A DNA stretch of 64,000 nucleotides from Eledone cirrhosa (Eukaryota). Below are positions 11,056-25,400 of this stretch, one piece after another. Position 1 is the stretch's first letter, and each line of letters opens with the position of its first letter. The notes beneath the pieces were generated by a model. That model was not told the origin of the DNA and made no database searches. It was given only the letters and a program-made list of their open reading frames with translations. The stretch is from assembly GCA_964016885.1 (NCBI GenBank), contig OZ024742.1:38502001-38566000 (forward strand), read 5' to 3'. A program made the position numbers and the translations under genes.

Positions 11056-13207
11056 AGCACTTTAATACATGAATACACTTACATCTAACTATACACATCA
11101 AACATATATATATATTTACTTATTTATATACATTTTCACATATATATACATAATCATGGTCGCTTTTATATATATATATATTGCATTTCTGTCTATATAT
11201 GTATACATTGCATTTTTGTTTATGTCTATTTCCACAATGAAATCGCTATGCTTAATCCTATATCCTCGCTGTCCAATTACTCGGTAAACACGTATAAGAT
11301 ATCTGTATACACACTTGTACATTTTGGTTTGGTTAGTCGTACTAATCCGTCTCCTATAACAAACAACTATGACTGAAGCTACTACTGTTGATGTTTTTAC
11401 TATCTACCATTTTTCTCGTTATACGATTCTACTCTGACCAAATTCCTGCTATCTCTACAATCCCTAGGAAATGCAACAATCATGTTTATATTTTCCATGT
11501 ATCTTGTGTCTATGTATAAAAACATCTAAGTTTCTTTATTTATTTCATTCCACTACTAGTTATTACGTCAATCATTATTCCTCCTGTTCTCAAACCAATT
11601 TCCTCTTTTATCACCGTTCCAATTTCCTTGGTCATTTCAAATTTTCTTTTACTATGAAATTGGTTTATAGTAGAAAAGGCAGTGCCTATAATCTTATCAT
11701 GCTCTCTTAGCAATGAATACCATCATTATTTTCATCATCATCACCATTTAAAGTTCATTTTCCTTGCTAGCAGTGTTGGACAGGTCTTCACAGACTAAGT
11801 CAGTACTTAATCATGGTGACTGACCTCTCAGACCGACAGGGGACCGCATCTCTCACTTACATACAATCCTTCACTCTACAGGGAGTACTGGATACAATTT
11901 ATCGCGGTACCCAGTCCTGGGAAGGTCGTCATGTCTTTGGCAACAGAATGTGAATACCATAAATAAAATTATTGTGGTTAATGTTCAATTGGGATTATTT
12001 TTAAATTAAATAGACTTTTTTGGTGTGTGACGGTGGTGATGGAAATTTGATGTTGAGAGAATTTCTGATATATTCAACTATGAAGAAGGAAGACTGAACA
12101 ATATATACAAAGTCAATAAAGGTCAGATATGTAGTGGCGACAATTACCTTCCTGGAACATGACTATATCAACTTAATAATTTGCAGCTCAATAGAAATAA
12201 CCAATGTAAATATCTTGATGTCACAATCACTCACAACTTATGTTTTGAAATGAATCCTGTCACGGTTAACTTTGCCCTACATCTTTTCATGGTCGATAAA
12301 AAAAATCCCCTCAAATACTGATTCTTCCTCTTTATCTCTCTTTCCTTGTCTGGAAGAAATCAGTCATGTTCAGACCTAAAGAGAGGATGGGCTCCACCAG
12401 GTTTTTAAAATGCTCAATAAAAACTGTATCTTACTACAACAGCCCTACACCAGGAGTTACAGGTCAAATGAAGAAGAAATATTGTAAGCCCTTGGCTACC
12501 CCCAAGTCACCCCACCCTCCTTAATCCACAACCACTAAGATTTTTTTTTTTAGATCATTTAGAATTACCTGTCGATCCCCATGTTTTTACACATCCTTAA
12601 AGCTGGTCCCTCATCTAAATTCTTGTTGCTGCGATTTTTTCACAACTTAATATTTGAGTAACTTGAAAGACTAGTTACTGTTAGATTTACTTTACAACCA
12701 TGAAACTAGGTTGTGTTGCCCAAAATATAGGGTGGGGATCAAGCCTTCACAAACACTTATCACTATTGTTACTCTACTTTCTGTCCTCCAGTCACACATG
12801 CTCCTCTTTAGTGGGCAATATCCTTTCCTTTCCAGCAAGGAGCTGGATGAGACTCTACATCGGTGGAGGGAGCTGAATTTGTCATTCCCAGTGAGTTTGA
12901 GATAATCTACAGTTGAAATGTATTTTCAACTTTTTATTTTGATCAGTTCAATCAATATTCAAGGTGTTGTCTATCTTCTATGAGTACCAAATTTTCTGGG
13001 AATTGCGTTGATTGTTTAGTCAGTCCAAATGAGAACTGCATCTCCATTGCTCTTAGAATCAGGGTTAAGAAGTTCACTTTACAATCACATCATATCAAAT
13101 TGTATTCTGTTGTATGATGCGTTGCGCTTGTATCATGTTATAACTTCGAGCTGACTAATACCTTGTGAATAAATTTGGTAGATAGAAACTATGTAGAAGC
13201 CTGCCAT

Positions 13208-13262
<55 letters not shown>

Positions 13263-13539
13263 TGTGTGCATGACTTCGTTTAGTGGCATGTGTTTATATC
13301 CCACTCAGACAATATTCCCTGAAGCTCAGCAGTTAGATATGCAAAGAACAGTACCTCACTTAAAAAAACCAGCATGGGCTGGTGTCGGGAAAAGCTTCTG
13401 GCCATAGAAAACTGCCTTAAAAACATCTTGTCCAAACCACGCCAGCATAGAAAAGCAGATGTAAAAACATGGACGATGATGATGATGATATACCCATGCA
13501 CACACACATATATATATGTATGTGGTCTGTGTGTATTAA

Positions 13540-13588
<49 letters not shown>

Positions 13589-14187
13589 AGTTTAATCTTG
13601 AAGAATGTTCTGCATCATTGCTTAATGTTAAATCTAAAATATGTCAGAAATCTAAACAACACAATAACTGGATTATACAGTAATTGATTTTTTTCTCTTT
13701 AAAAGCCCTAAAGTCAATAGAAACTGTGCTGTCAGATTAATTAATACATCTAAATCTAATACAGGTTGAATAAGTCAGATGTCGATATAGTCAGGTATGC
13801 TTACGTCTATGTTGGTTTAGCTGGCCTTCTACAGGAGTGCATCTCATAGGAGGTTTCTTGGGTATTTTAATGGTAGGTCATCCAGTCCTATAACATTATT
13901 ATTGCTGAAACCTATGAAGGCTTCCTACAATATTACATCTCATAAGATGCTTCTTGGGCATTTTAATGATAGGGGCCCCAGTCCTCTAATGTTACAGCTC
14001 ACACCTATGCATGTTTAGCTCACCTCTTACAAAGTTGCTTCTCATAGGAGGTTTCTTAAGTGTTTTAATTTAGGGGCCCCAGTTCAATCATGTTCTTTTT
14101 GCAGTTCCCAGCTATGTGGGTTTAGTTGATCTTATATGATGCTCCATAATAATTTCCTATGATCAATAAATATATTATTAAACATCT

Positions 14188-14911
14188 GCATGCTCCGCTG
14201 GATGTGTAATAGTAATATACGCGAACGGCAAAGCATAAACGAACTAAGGAAAAAATTAGAAATAAGAGGGATCAGATGTTGTTTACTCGAGAGAAGGCTA
14301 CGTTGGTATGGTCACGTGATGCGCATGAAAGACGACAGCTGTATAACAAAGTGCAGGGCAATAAAGATAGATGGTAGCCACGGAGTAGGCAGACCCAGAA
14401 AAACCTGGGACGAGCTGATAAATTCCGACCTCACACACTTACACCTCTCCAAGACAATGTCACTGGACCGAGACCTTTGGCGGTACTCAGTAACAGAGAA
14501 GACCCGCGTTACCTAAATATAAAGTAAAACCTACTACAGTCAGTAGGCATCTCTAACAAAATACACCCCCGTCCCACCACCCCCACCCCATCCACACCAC
14601 CCTTTTCAATGTAAAGTTATGTTGGTGCCACAAAATCCAGGCCGAAACAAATGAGATCATGTAGGTGTCACGAAAAAAAAACACACAGTCCACGCTGTAA
14701 TGTGACCGTGTAGGCAACACGCTAAAAACGTCCCAGTCCCACACTGTAAATGTGGTTGGTGTTAGGAAGGGCATCCAGCTGTAGAAAACCTGCCAGACAG
14801 TCCTATGCGAGCAAGACAACCACTCTTGCCTCAAGTGGGAAAACTCCTGTCCAAACCCATGCAAGCATGGAACAGGGACGTTAAACGATGATGATGATGA
14901 TGATGATGATG
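14188..14911 (+). mobile_element. RTE LINE 3' fragment, present only in duplicate copy A
   Basis: MLRWMC...[11 protein letters not shown]...GRPRKTW, 3'UTR and (GAT)n tail; flanked by ATCT on both sides; empty site at ~18100. Confidence 0.93.
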
Positions 14912-15059
14912 ATCTTTCTCCTTTAATAGCATTGTAGAAATATGCAACGTGGTGGAGAAGGCAGTATGGTGTTATGATCTATCACATAATTTGGTATGGG
15001 TAAATGTAGACTGTATAGTGGAAATTGTCCTTCGTCTCCATAACCGAAGAAAGCATGAC

Positions 15060-15335
15060 AGAGCCGCAGCTCAATCGAGAGTTCTACTGTAATGTTTTAA
15101 GGGAGGATGTTTGGTGAAAGTGACCAGATCTGTGGAGCGTGAAGGATTAGATTCTTAACAACAATGCACTCTGTCACTGAGCTCACCTCACTTGTGAGTT
15201 TCTTGCCAAAAACAATATTGTATATCTTCCTCATCACCCTATTCACCAGATTTAGCACCTGCGAACTGCCATCTCTTCTCCAAGCTGAAAATGCAACTCA
15301 AAAGTTGCCCTTTTAACTCTGTTGCTGAGATGGAA
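15060..15335 (+). mobile_element. Mariner transposase C-terminal relic (second copy ~18240-18515)
   Basis: Translates EFLAKNN...LPHHPYSPDLAP...LFSKLK, containing the YSPDLAP motif. Confidence 0.8.
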
Positions 15336-17139
15336 ACACTCAACAAAATCAACTGATTTTCAACCACCTTGATATTACTTTCTATACTCTCTTAATAACT
15401 TTTCTTTTTCCACACTTACATAATATGGTACACCTTCTATACTACTCCACTCCATAGCTTAATAAATATAAACATCTCTATATTACATACCACCACATAA
15501 TATATATTGCACACACTCAGAAGTGTTTATGACTCATAACCTAATGGTTTGACAAAGAGAGAGTGATAAAATAAGTCACAGGCTTGAAGAAATAAATACT
15601 GGGATCAATATGATCAACTAAAGTTTCCCTCGGGGACCAGCACGACTGCAATCTAATGATAGAAACCAGTAAAAGAATATCTCCACCAACCTAACTGTGT
15701 GGCTTAGTCTGAGTTATATTTTTCTAATAAAATATAGTTGTTACTCATATTGAAACAAATACAGATTTATGTAATGTATGGCTAGTCATGCTCTTCTGTA
15801 CCTTCACTCTACAGGGAGTACTGGATACAATTTATCGCGGCACCCAGTCCTGGGAAGGTCGTCATGTCTTTGGCAAAGAATGTGAATACCATAAATAAAA
15901 TTATTGTGGTTAATGTTCAATTGGGATTATTTTTAAATTAAATAGACTTTTTTGGTGTGTGATGGTGGTGATGGGAATTTGATGTTGAGAGAATTTCTGA
16001 TATATTCAACTATGAAGAAGGAAGACTGAACAATATATACAAAGTCAATAAAGGTCAGATATGTAGTGGCGACAATTACCTTCCTGGAACATGACTATAT
16101 CAACTTAATAATTTGCAGCTCAATAGAAATAACCAATGTAAATATCTTGATGTCACAATCACTCACAACTTATGTTTTGAAATGAATCCTGTCACGGTTA
16201 ACTTTGCCCTACATCTTTTCATGGTCGATAAAAAAAATCCCCTCAAATACTGATTCTTCCTCTTTATCTCTCTTTCCTTGTCTGGAAGAAATCAGTCATG
16301 TTCAGACCTAAAGAGAGGATGGGCTCCACCAGGTTTTTAAAATGCTCAATAAAAACTGTATCTTACTACAACAGCCCTACACCAGGAGTTACAGGTCAAA
16401 TGAAGAAGAAATATTGTAAGCCCTTGGCTACCCCCAAGTCACCCCACCCTCCTTAATCCACAACCACTAAGATTTTTTTTTTTAGATCATTTAGAATTAC
16501 CTGTCGATCCCCATGTTTTTACACATCCTTAAAGCTGGTCCCTCATCTAAATTCTTGTTGCTGCGATTTTTTCACAACTTAATATTTGAGTAACTTAAAA
16601 GACTAGTTACTGTTAGATTTACTTTACAACCATGAAACTAGGTTGTGTTGCCCAAAATATAGGGTGGGGATCAAGCCTTCACAAACACTTATCACTATTG
16701 TTACTCTACTTTCTGTCCTCCAGTCACACATGCTCCTCTTTAGTGGGCAATATCCTTTCCTTTCCAGCAAGGAGCTGGATGAGACTCTACATCGGTGGAG
16801 GGAGCTGAATTTGTCATTCCCAGTGAGTTTGAGATAATCTACAGTTGAAATGTATTTTCAACTTTTTATTTTGATCAGTTCAATCAATATTCAAGGTGTT
16901 GTCTATCTTCTATGAGTACCAAATTTTCTGGGAATTGCGTTGATTGTTTAGTCAGTCCAAATGAGAACTGCATCTCCATTGCTCTTAGAATCAGGGTTAA
17001 GAAGTTCACTTTACAATCACATCATATCAAATTGTATTCTGTTGTATGATGCGTTGCGCTTGTATCATGTTATAACTTCGAGCTGACTAATACCTTGTGA
17101 ATAAATTTGGTAGATAGAAACTATGTAGAAGCCTGCCAT

Positions 17140-17186
<47 letters not shown>

Positions 17187-17463
17187 TGTGTGCATGACTT
17201 CGTTTAGTGGCATGTGTTTATATCCCACTCAGACAATATTCCCTGAAGCTCAGCAGTTAGATATGCAAAGAACAGTACCTCACTTAAAAAAACCAGCATG
17301 GGCTGGTGTCGGGAAAAGCTTCTGGCCATAGAAAACTGCCTTAAAAACATCTTGTCCAAACCACGCCAGCATAGAAAAGCAGATGTAAAAACATGGACGA
17401 TGATGATGATGATATACCCATGCACACACACATATATATATGTATGTGGTCTGTGTGTATTAA

Positions 17464-17504
<41 letters not shown>

Positions 17505-19632
17505 AGTTTAATCTTGAAGAATGTTCTGCATCATTGCTTAATGTTAAATCTAAAATATGTCAGAAATCTAAACAACACAATAACTGGATTATACAGTAAT
17601 TGATTTTTTTCTCTTTAAAAGCCCTAAAGTCAATAGAAACTGTGCTGTCAGATTAATTAATACATCTAAATCTAATACAGGTTGAATAAGTCAGATGTCG
17701 ATATAGTCAGGTATGCTTACGTCTATGTTGGTTTAGCTGGCCTTCTACAGGAGTGCATCTCATAGGAGGTTTCTTGGGTATTTTAATGGTAGGTCATCCA
17801 GTCCTATAACATTATTATTGCTGAAACCTATGAAGGCTTCCTACAATATTACATCTCATAAGATGCTTCTTGGGCATTTTAATGATAGGGGCCCCAGTCC
17901 TCTAATGTTACAGCTCACACCTATGCATGTTTAGCTCACCTCTTACAAAGTTGCTTCTCATAGGAGGTTTCTTAAGCGTTTTAATTTAGGGGCCCCAGTT
18001 CAATCATGTTCTTTTTGCAGTTCCCAGCTATGTGGGTTTAGTTGATCTTATATGATGCTCCATAATAATTTCCTATGATCAATAAATATATTATTAAACA
18101 TCTTTCTCCTTTAATAGCATTGTAGAAATATACAACGTGGTGGAGAAGGCAGTATGGTGTTATGATCTATCACATAATTTGGTATGGGTAAATGTAGACT
18201 GTATAGTGGAAATTGCCCTTCGTCTCCATAACCGAAGAAAGCATGACAGAGCCGCAGCTCAATCGAGAGTTCTACTGTAATGTTTTAAGGGAGGACGTTT
18301 GGTGAAAGTGACCAGATCTGTGGAGCGTGAAGGATTAGATTCTTAACAACAATGCACTCTGTCACTGAGCTCACCTCACTTGTGAGTTTCTTGCCAAAAA
18401 CAATATTGTATATCTTCCTCATCACCCTATTCACCAGATTTAGCACCTGCGAACTGCCATCTCTTCTCCAAGCTGAAAATGCAACTCAAAAGTTGCCCTT
18501 TTAACTCTGTTGCTGAGATGGAAACACTCAACAAAATCAACTGATTTTCAACCACCTTGATATTGCTTTCTATACTCTCTTAATAACTTTTCTTTTTCCA
18601 CACTTACATAATATGGTACACCTTCTATACTACTCCACTCCATAGCTTAATAAATATAAACATCTCTATATTACATACCACCACATAATATATATTGCAC
18701 ACACTCAGAAGTGTTTATGACTCATAACCTAATGGTTTGACAAAGAGAGAGTGATAAAATAAGTCACAGGCTTGAAGAAATAAATACTGGGATCAATATG
18801 ATCAACTAAAGTTTCCCTCGGGGACCAGCACGACTGCAATCTAATGATAGAAACCAGTAAAAGAATATCTCCACCAACCTAACTGTGTGGCTTAGTCTGA
18901 GTTATATTTTTCTAATAAAATATAGTTGTTACTCATATTGAAACAAATACAGATTTATGTAATGTATGGCTAGTCATGCTCTTCTGTAACATCATATGTA
19001 TTTTTTTATAAACTTGTGACTTAGTTATTAGTATGTTGGGCTCACGATCATAAGGTCGTGTGTTCAATTCCTGGTCTAGATGGTGCATTGTATCCTTAAG
19101 CAAGACACTTTATTCCAGTCCACTCAGCTGGAAACAATGAGTTACGACAACACACTGGTGTGAAGCTGTATTGAACTTTGCCATTCCTTGGATAAAATCG
19201 GTGAGGTGGAGAAGTGAGACTGGCATGCATGGACAACTGCTACAGAAACACCTTGTCCAGGCTTGCACCTTTGAGAGGAATGTTCCAGGTGCAAACTCTT
19301 GGTCAGCCATGACCGAAGGGGACGTATTATATTTTTAATATATTGTTATAATATTTCCTGAAACACATTAATGTATTATATCATATAGTTTGTGCTTAGA
19401 AGTCATACTTTTTCTGTTTAAATTTCAGTAAAAATCCGTTCCCATTTTACATTTGTCATTCTTTGCCTAAAAAATTATTAAAAGGAAACATTGGCACACC
19501 CTGTTATGGAATGTGATTGAGTGTGCATGTCTTCTCACATCTTTTTGCTTTTTTATTTTGCTTGTTTTCTTTTTGTATTTTTTTTTCCTGATAACATTCT
19601 TGCTGTAAATTGTTAATCTTCGATTATTTCAG

Positions 19633-19680
19633 AATACTATGACGTTGAATTTTCCTTCTACAAAAGAATCTCAAACACAG
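19633..19680 (+). CDS. RIC8: RIC8 exon ([16 protein letters not shown])
   Basis: tttcag|...cag|gtattt; 48 nt, phase 0/0; length and position fit the short second exon of Ric-8 genes. Confidence 0.75.
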
Positions 19681-22428
19681 GTATTTAAAATTTATTTATT
19701 CACATGGCTTCTAATTAGATTCAATGATTTTTCATTGTGACCTTCTCAATGACTAGAGTAGAAGAAGAAAGAAGTTATATTTAACACACAACATATAGAA
19801 CAAATTGAGATGAAAGATAAGAGTTCTTAAAACATCTAATTCTTTAAAATTGTTTCAACTACTACTACCAATTTCTTCTTCGTAGCGACATAATAACACT
19901 TTTCCATCTCACACAATCCAACATTAACTGCCTCAGTTCTTTACCGGATAATTCTGTATCTTCCTCAAAGACTTACTTTAACCCTTTAACATTTACATTA
20001 CTCTATATATAGTATTGTATTTTCACGGTAGCGTCAGGCTTACAACCGTGAGGTTGTGAGTTCGATTCTCGGACCAGGCTTTAGGTTGTATTCTTGAACA
20101 AGACACTTTATTTCACATTGCTCCAGTTCACTCAGCTGTAGAAATGAGTTACGACGTCACTGGTGCCAAGCTGTATTGGCCATAGCCTTTCTCTTGGACA
20201 ACATCGGTGTCGTGTAGAGGCAGGACTGGTATGCATTTGCGATTGCTCGTTTTCCACAAACAACCTTGCCCAGACTTGTGCTTCGGAGCGGAACTTTCTA
20301 GGTGCAAATCCCATGGTCATTCGTGACCGAAGGGGATCTTTAGCCTTACCCTATTTTCAAGGTAAACACTTTATTTCACATTATATTGAATCTACGAGAT
20401 TTTGATATTATTTATTTGGAGAACAATACCTTAACATAAGCATGAGCAGCCGGTTTGAACAGAAAGAGGTGAGAGAATGCTGGCTGGTTTAACCCTTTAG
20501 TATTCACATTACTCTGTATATACTATTGTATTTTTGTAGTAAACACATTATCTTACATAATTATCTCACATAATATCGAATCTGAGATTTTGACATTATA
20601 TATTTTGAGAACAATACCTTAACATCAGTATAAGTGGCCAGTTTCAACTGGTTTGAACAGAAAGAGGTGAGACATTTCTGGCCGGATGCGGCCAGTTTAA
20701 ATGCTAAAGGGTTAATGTCTTGAGGGGGTCTTCCCACGTTTGTGTTTCACATTAGTGGTCTCCCATAGTAAAAGTTTTGTAGTAGGCTTATTGCTTCTCA
20801 TGACATAACCTGCAAGTTGAAGATGCCTGATTCAGATGGTATTGCTAATGTGTGGGAGGTTGTTGAAGAGAATTTTGTTTGTAACACAGTCGAGAGGTTT
20901 GATGTTTTTTTATCCTTCTTAGCATTCATGTATAGCTTTGGTGATAGGTATTGTCACCAACCATGGTTCATAAGATTACAGTAAGATTGATTCCACTGTA
21001 GCTTTGAATAATTTTACTTTTATTTCTGTAGTTGTTAGATTTCCACACCTTATCTAATGAATTCAAAGCAGACCTTGCTTGTACTATCCAGTTGTTTATA
21101 TCATTTGACAAGTTGGTATATTTGAAATCATCTACTTTTTCAAGAACAGTATTGCTTAATGATTTGATGTTAGTAGTTTGATGTAAGTTGGTGGTCATGT
21201 CTTTGGTTTTGTTGACATTTAGGAAGAGTCCTATAGCTTGAGTAGAAACTTCTAGCTTGTGTAAGAGATCCTCTGCCTTACTTAGTGAATCTGCACATAA
21301 GACAATGTTATCAGTGAATTCCATATCTGCTAGGTGTTGTGACAGATATCTTGTGCTTCTACACTTTTGATGGGTATATGTACCCATTCAATCTTAGTAT
21401 TATTCTGAAATTGACATACTAATTTGCATATAATTAATGGTCATGCTGGTAATTAATTAAGATATATATTAAGCCCCCCCCCCACACACACACACACGGG
21501 TACAAGCCGAAGCTGAAGCATATAGACACATGCCCCCACACCCTCCCACTGCAAAGTGGTCGTGGAGCAGCCACGGCAAAAAAGCACCCAGCCCACACTG
21601 TAAAGTGGACGTGTAGGCGCCACGGAAAAAAGCACCCAGCACTCACTGTAAATGAGGTTGGTGTTAGGAAGGGCATCCAGCTGTAGAAATCAAGCCAGAA
21701 TCAGTTCCCATATGAGCAAGGTATGGTCAGCCGACCAGACACTGCCCACAACAAGACAACCCGTCTAACCCATGCTAGCGTGGAAGAACGGACGTAAAAC
21801 GGTGATGATGATGATGATTAAGAAGTATACACTTCGGCTACTAACACACTTCATAAAAACTCTCTAGTAAAACTCTAATGCAAGCAGCATCCATTTCAAA
21901 GATATTGGACTGACAAGCTGTGGAAATAATAATTCCCCAGTGAAATTCACGTATTAGATAGATGAAAATGTTGTGAATTTAACCTAATTGTGTGTATTAT
22001 AACTTATCCCTCGAACTGACTGGTGGGTAAACATGTTTTTAATTAAATTCACTATACTATATATATATATGTATAAAATTTAAAAGTAACGAATATCACT
22101 GGTATATATATATATTCTTTGTTTTAAGGAAATTATTGCAGCTCTGAGTCAGAAGCTTGAAGAAAAGCGATCAGCTCGCTGTAACTGTGAGTGTCTGAAA
22201 ACTATCCGCATTTTTAGCCGTGACACACACTTGGCAGATGTTTTAGCCCTTGAATCTACATTATCTATGTTGATGGTACATGCTTGGCTTCATCAGACTG
22301 CTGAAGAGAGTGACAAAATAGCCACATTAACAGATGAGGAAATGGAAGGTAATCTCTTGCATTGTATACATGTAAATGTGTGTGTGTGTATATATCTCTG
22401 TATATATATATATATATATATCTGTATA

Positions 22429-22467
<39 letters not shown>

Positions 22468-25400
22468 TTTATAAACACTTTCCATATATATATATTACGA
22501 GTCCCTAATACACACTACTGCTCTAACAGACGACAAGGACTTCCTAATCATTGCAGGAGATTTTAACGGACACGTAGGTAAACACTGCGACGGCTTCAAT
22601 AGAGTACATGGAGGCCATGGAGTTGGCACAAGGAATGAGGAAGGATTCAGACTTCTAGAATTCTGCGACGCCAATGACATGTCGATATGTAACACAAACT
22701 TTAAAAAACCCGACAACCACCTGATCACCTATAGATCAGGGGAGCACTCTAGTCAGTTAGATTTTATCCTCATCAGAGGACGTGACAGATGGACGGTTGT
22801 AAACACAAAAGCCTTCCCTAGTGAGGAATGTACATCCCAACATAGCTTAGTTGTCAGCGACCTCACGGTCAGAACTAGACGAGCCCTGAAACAGAGGCCA
22901 ACCTGGAGAAGAAAGATCTGGAAGCTGAAAGTCCCCTCAACCAGTAACAGATTTAAAGATATTTTACTCAACGCCTACGACAGTAAAGAAGAACAGATAG
23001 AGACATTTAACGTAGAAGAGAACTGGGAGTTCCTAAAAAATAACTTACTAGAGGCGACGGATGAGGTTTGTGGCTGGAGTAAGACCTCAAGCAGGAGGAG
23101 AGTGACTTGGTGGTGGAACAATAAGGTAGATGAAGCAGTCAAGGCCAAGAGACAGGCATGGAAAGAATGGAAGAACGGGGGGAGCAGGGTACATTACATA
23201 GAGACCAAGAGGGAAGCTAGGCGACAAGTATACTTAGCTAGGAGGGAAGCAGAGGATAGAAAATTCAAGCATGTTTTACAACGTGAGGACCAGAAACAGG
23301 AGGTATTCAAGATTGCGAGGCAGTGTGTCAGAGATAGTTGTGATGTCATTGGAGAGAAGTGTATCCGGAATGATAAAGGTGAGCTTGCCCTCACAAGTGC
23401 TGAGAAGAAAGATGCATGGAAGAGTCATTATGATAGATTACTAAATGAGGAGAATGCATGGGAAGAAGAGACCCTACCCCACGTAGACCCTATAGAGGGA
23501 CCAGCAGTACAAGTCAGCGGCAGCGTAGTAAGTAAGGCAATCAGAGATATGAAGATAGGGAAGGCAACCGGTCCATCGGGTATAGCTGCCGAGATGCTGA
23601 AGGCATCTGGGTCTGTAGGTCACACTATAACCACACGTATCGTTAACCAGGTAATACTAGAGGGGGCCATACCAAAAGATTGGTGCAGTAGCATCATTGT
23701 CAACTGCTACAAAGGTAAAGGCGATGCACTAGATAGAGGAAACTATAGAGGTATAAAGTTGATGGACCAGGTCATGAAAGTAACAGAAAGAGTTATAGCA
23801 CAGCTGATTAGGGACCGGGTGAATATAGACGAGATGCAATTTGGGTTTGTACCAGGGAAAGGCACCACTGATGCCCTCTTCCTTGTGAGGCAATTACAGG
23901 AAAAGTACCTAGCTAAAAGTAAGCCACTCTACTTGGCATTTGTCGACCTTGAGAAAGCCTTTGACAGAGTTCCACGTGCAGTAATCTGGTGGGCTCTTAG
24001 AAAACTAGGAGTAGATGAATGGCTTGTGAAAGCGGTACAAGCCATGTATAGGGGAGCAGTCAGCAAAGTTAGGATTGGCAATGAGTATAGCGAGGAATTT
24101 AGCGTACAGGTTGGGGTCCACCAGGGCTCTGTTCTTAGCCCTCTCCTGTTCATCATAGTCCTGCAGGCAATAACGGAGGAGTTTAAGACCGGATGCCCAT
24201 GGGAACTCCTGTATGCTGATGACCTCGCACTCATAGCTGAATCTATGGTAGAACTAGAGAATAAATTCCAAACCTGGAAGCAGGGACTAGAGAGAAAGGG
24301 CCTCAAAGTCAACATGACAAAGACTAAGGTCCTTATAAGTAGACGAGAAAACAGAACCCAGATCCCCTCAGGGAAATGGCCTTGCTCAGTATGTAGGAAA
24401 GGTGTAGGTAGGAACTCCATTCTCTGCCCCAAATGCAAACAATGGGTACACAAGAGATGTAGCGGGATCTCAGGAAGCTTAATTAAGAATGTAGGATTCA
24501 CATGCAGCAGCTGTGCTGAAACAGCAAGCAAACAGCCACAGGAAACAAGTACCACCAATCTCTGGGAGGGCCCTGTAGAAACAGTAGACAGCTTCTGCTA
24601 CCTAGGTGACCGAATTAGCAACGGAGGTGGGTGCTCAGAAAGTACAATAACTAGGGTAAGAACGGGATGGAAGAAGTTTAGGGAACTACTACCACTGCTA
24701 GCTGCAAAAGGCTTCTCCCTCAGAATGAAAGGCAGACTGTATGATGCGTGTATCCGAACAGCGATGTTGCATGGTAGTGAGACCTGGGCGCTGAAGGTGG
24801 AAGACTTACGTAGATTAGAGAGAAACGAAGCCTGCATGCTCCGATGGATGTGTAACAGTAATATACGTGAACGACAAAGCATAAAGGAATTGAGAGAGAG
24901 ACTGAGCATAAGAGGAATCAAATGCTGCGTGCAGGAGAGGCGGTTACGCTGGTATGGACATGTGATGCGTATGAAGGATGACAGCTGCATAAAAAGGTGC
25001 AGAGCACTAGAAGTTGATGGAAACCGCGGAGTGGGGAGACCCAAGATGACTTGGGATGAGGTGATAAAAGCCGACCTTACCCAACTACACCTCTCAAAGT
25101 CAATGACACACGACCGTGACTTCTGGCGTCACGCAGTAATACAGAGTACCCGACCTCCCATGGGTACATGCTGAAGCATATAAACAATATGTCCCCCCCC
25201 CCCCCCCCCACCGCAAGGTGGTCGTGGAGGTGCCACGGCAAAAAAGCACCCAGCCCACACTGTAAAGTGGACGTGTAGGCGCCACGAAAAAGCACCCAGC
25301 ACTCACTGTAAATGAGGTTGGTGTTAGGAAGGGCATCCAGCTGTAGAAATCAAGCCAGATCAGTTCCTGTATGAGCAAGGCATGGTCAGCCGACCAGACA

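Larger units (their letters stand above)
11869..18988 (+). repeat. Direct tandem duplication: copy A 11869-15800, copy B 15801-18988
   Basis: Both copies start ccttcactctacagggag and end gctagtcatgctcttctgta. They differ by a few SNPs, microsatellite lengths and one RTE insertion. Confidence 0.95.

Noticed and set aside
10765-11322. Y/I/H/T-rich ORFs
   Set aside because: Products of degenerate (TA/CA)n low-complexity DNA.
12711-12905. Duplicated 64-aa ORF (also 16643-16837)
   Set aside because: Non-ATG start and no motif; identity is explained by the tandem duplication.
23929-25044. Long antisense ORFs over the RTE
   Set aside because: Shadows of the sense RTE ORF with no motifs of their own.
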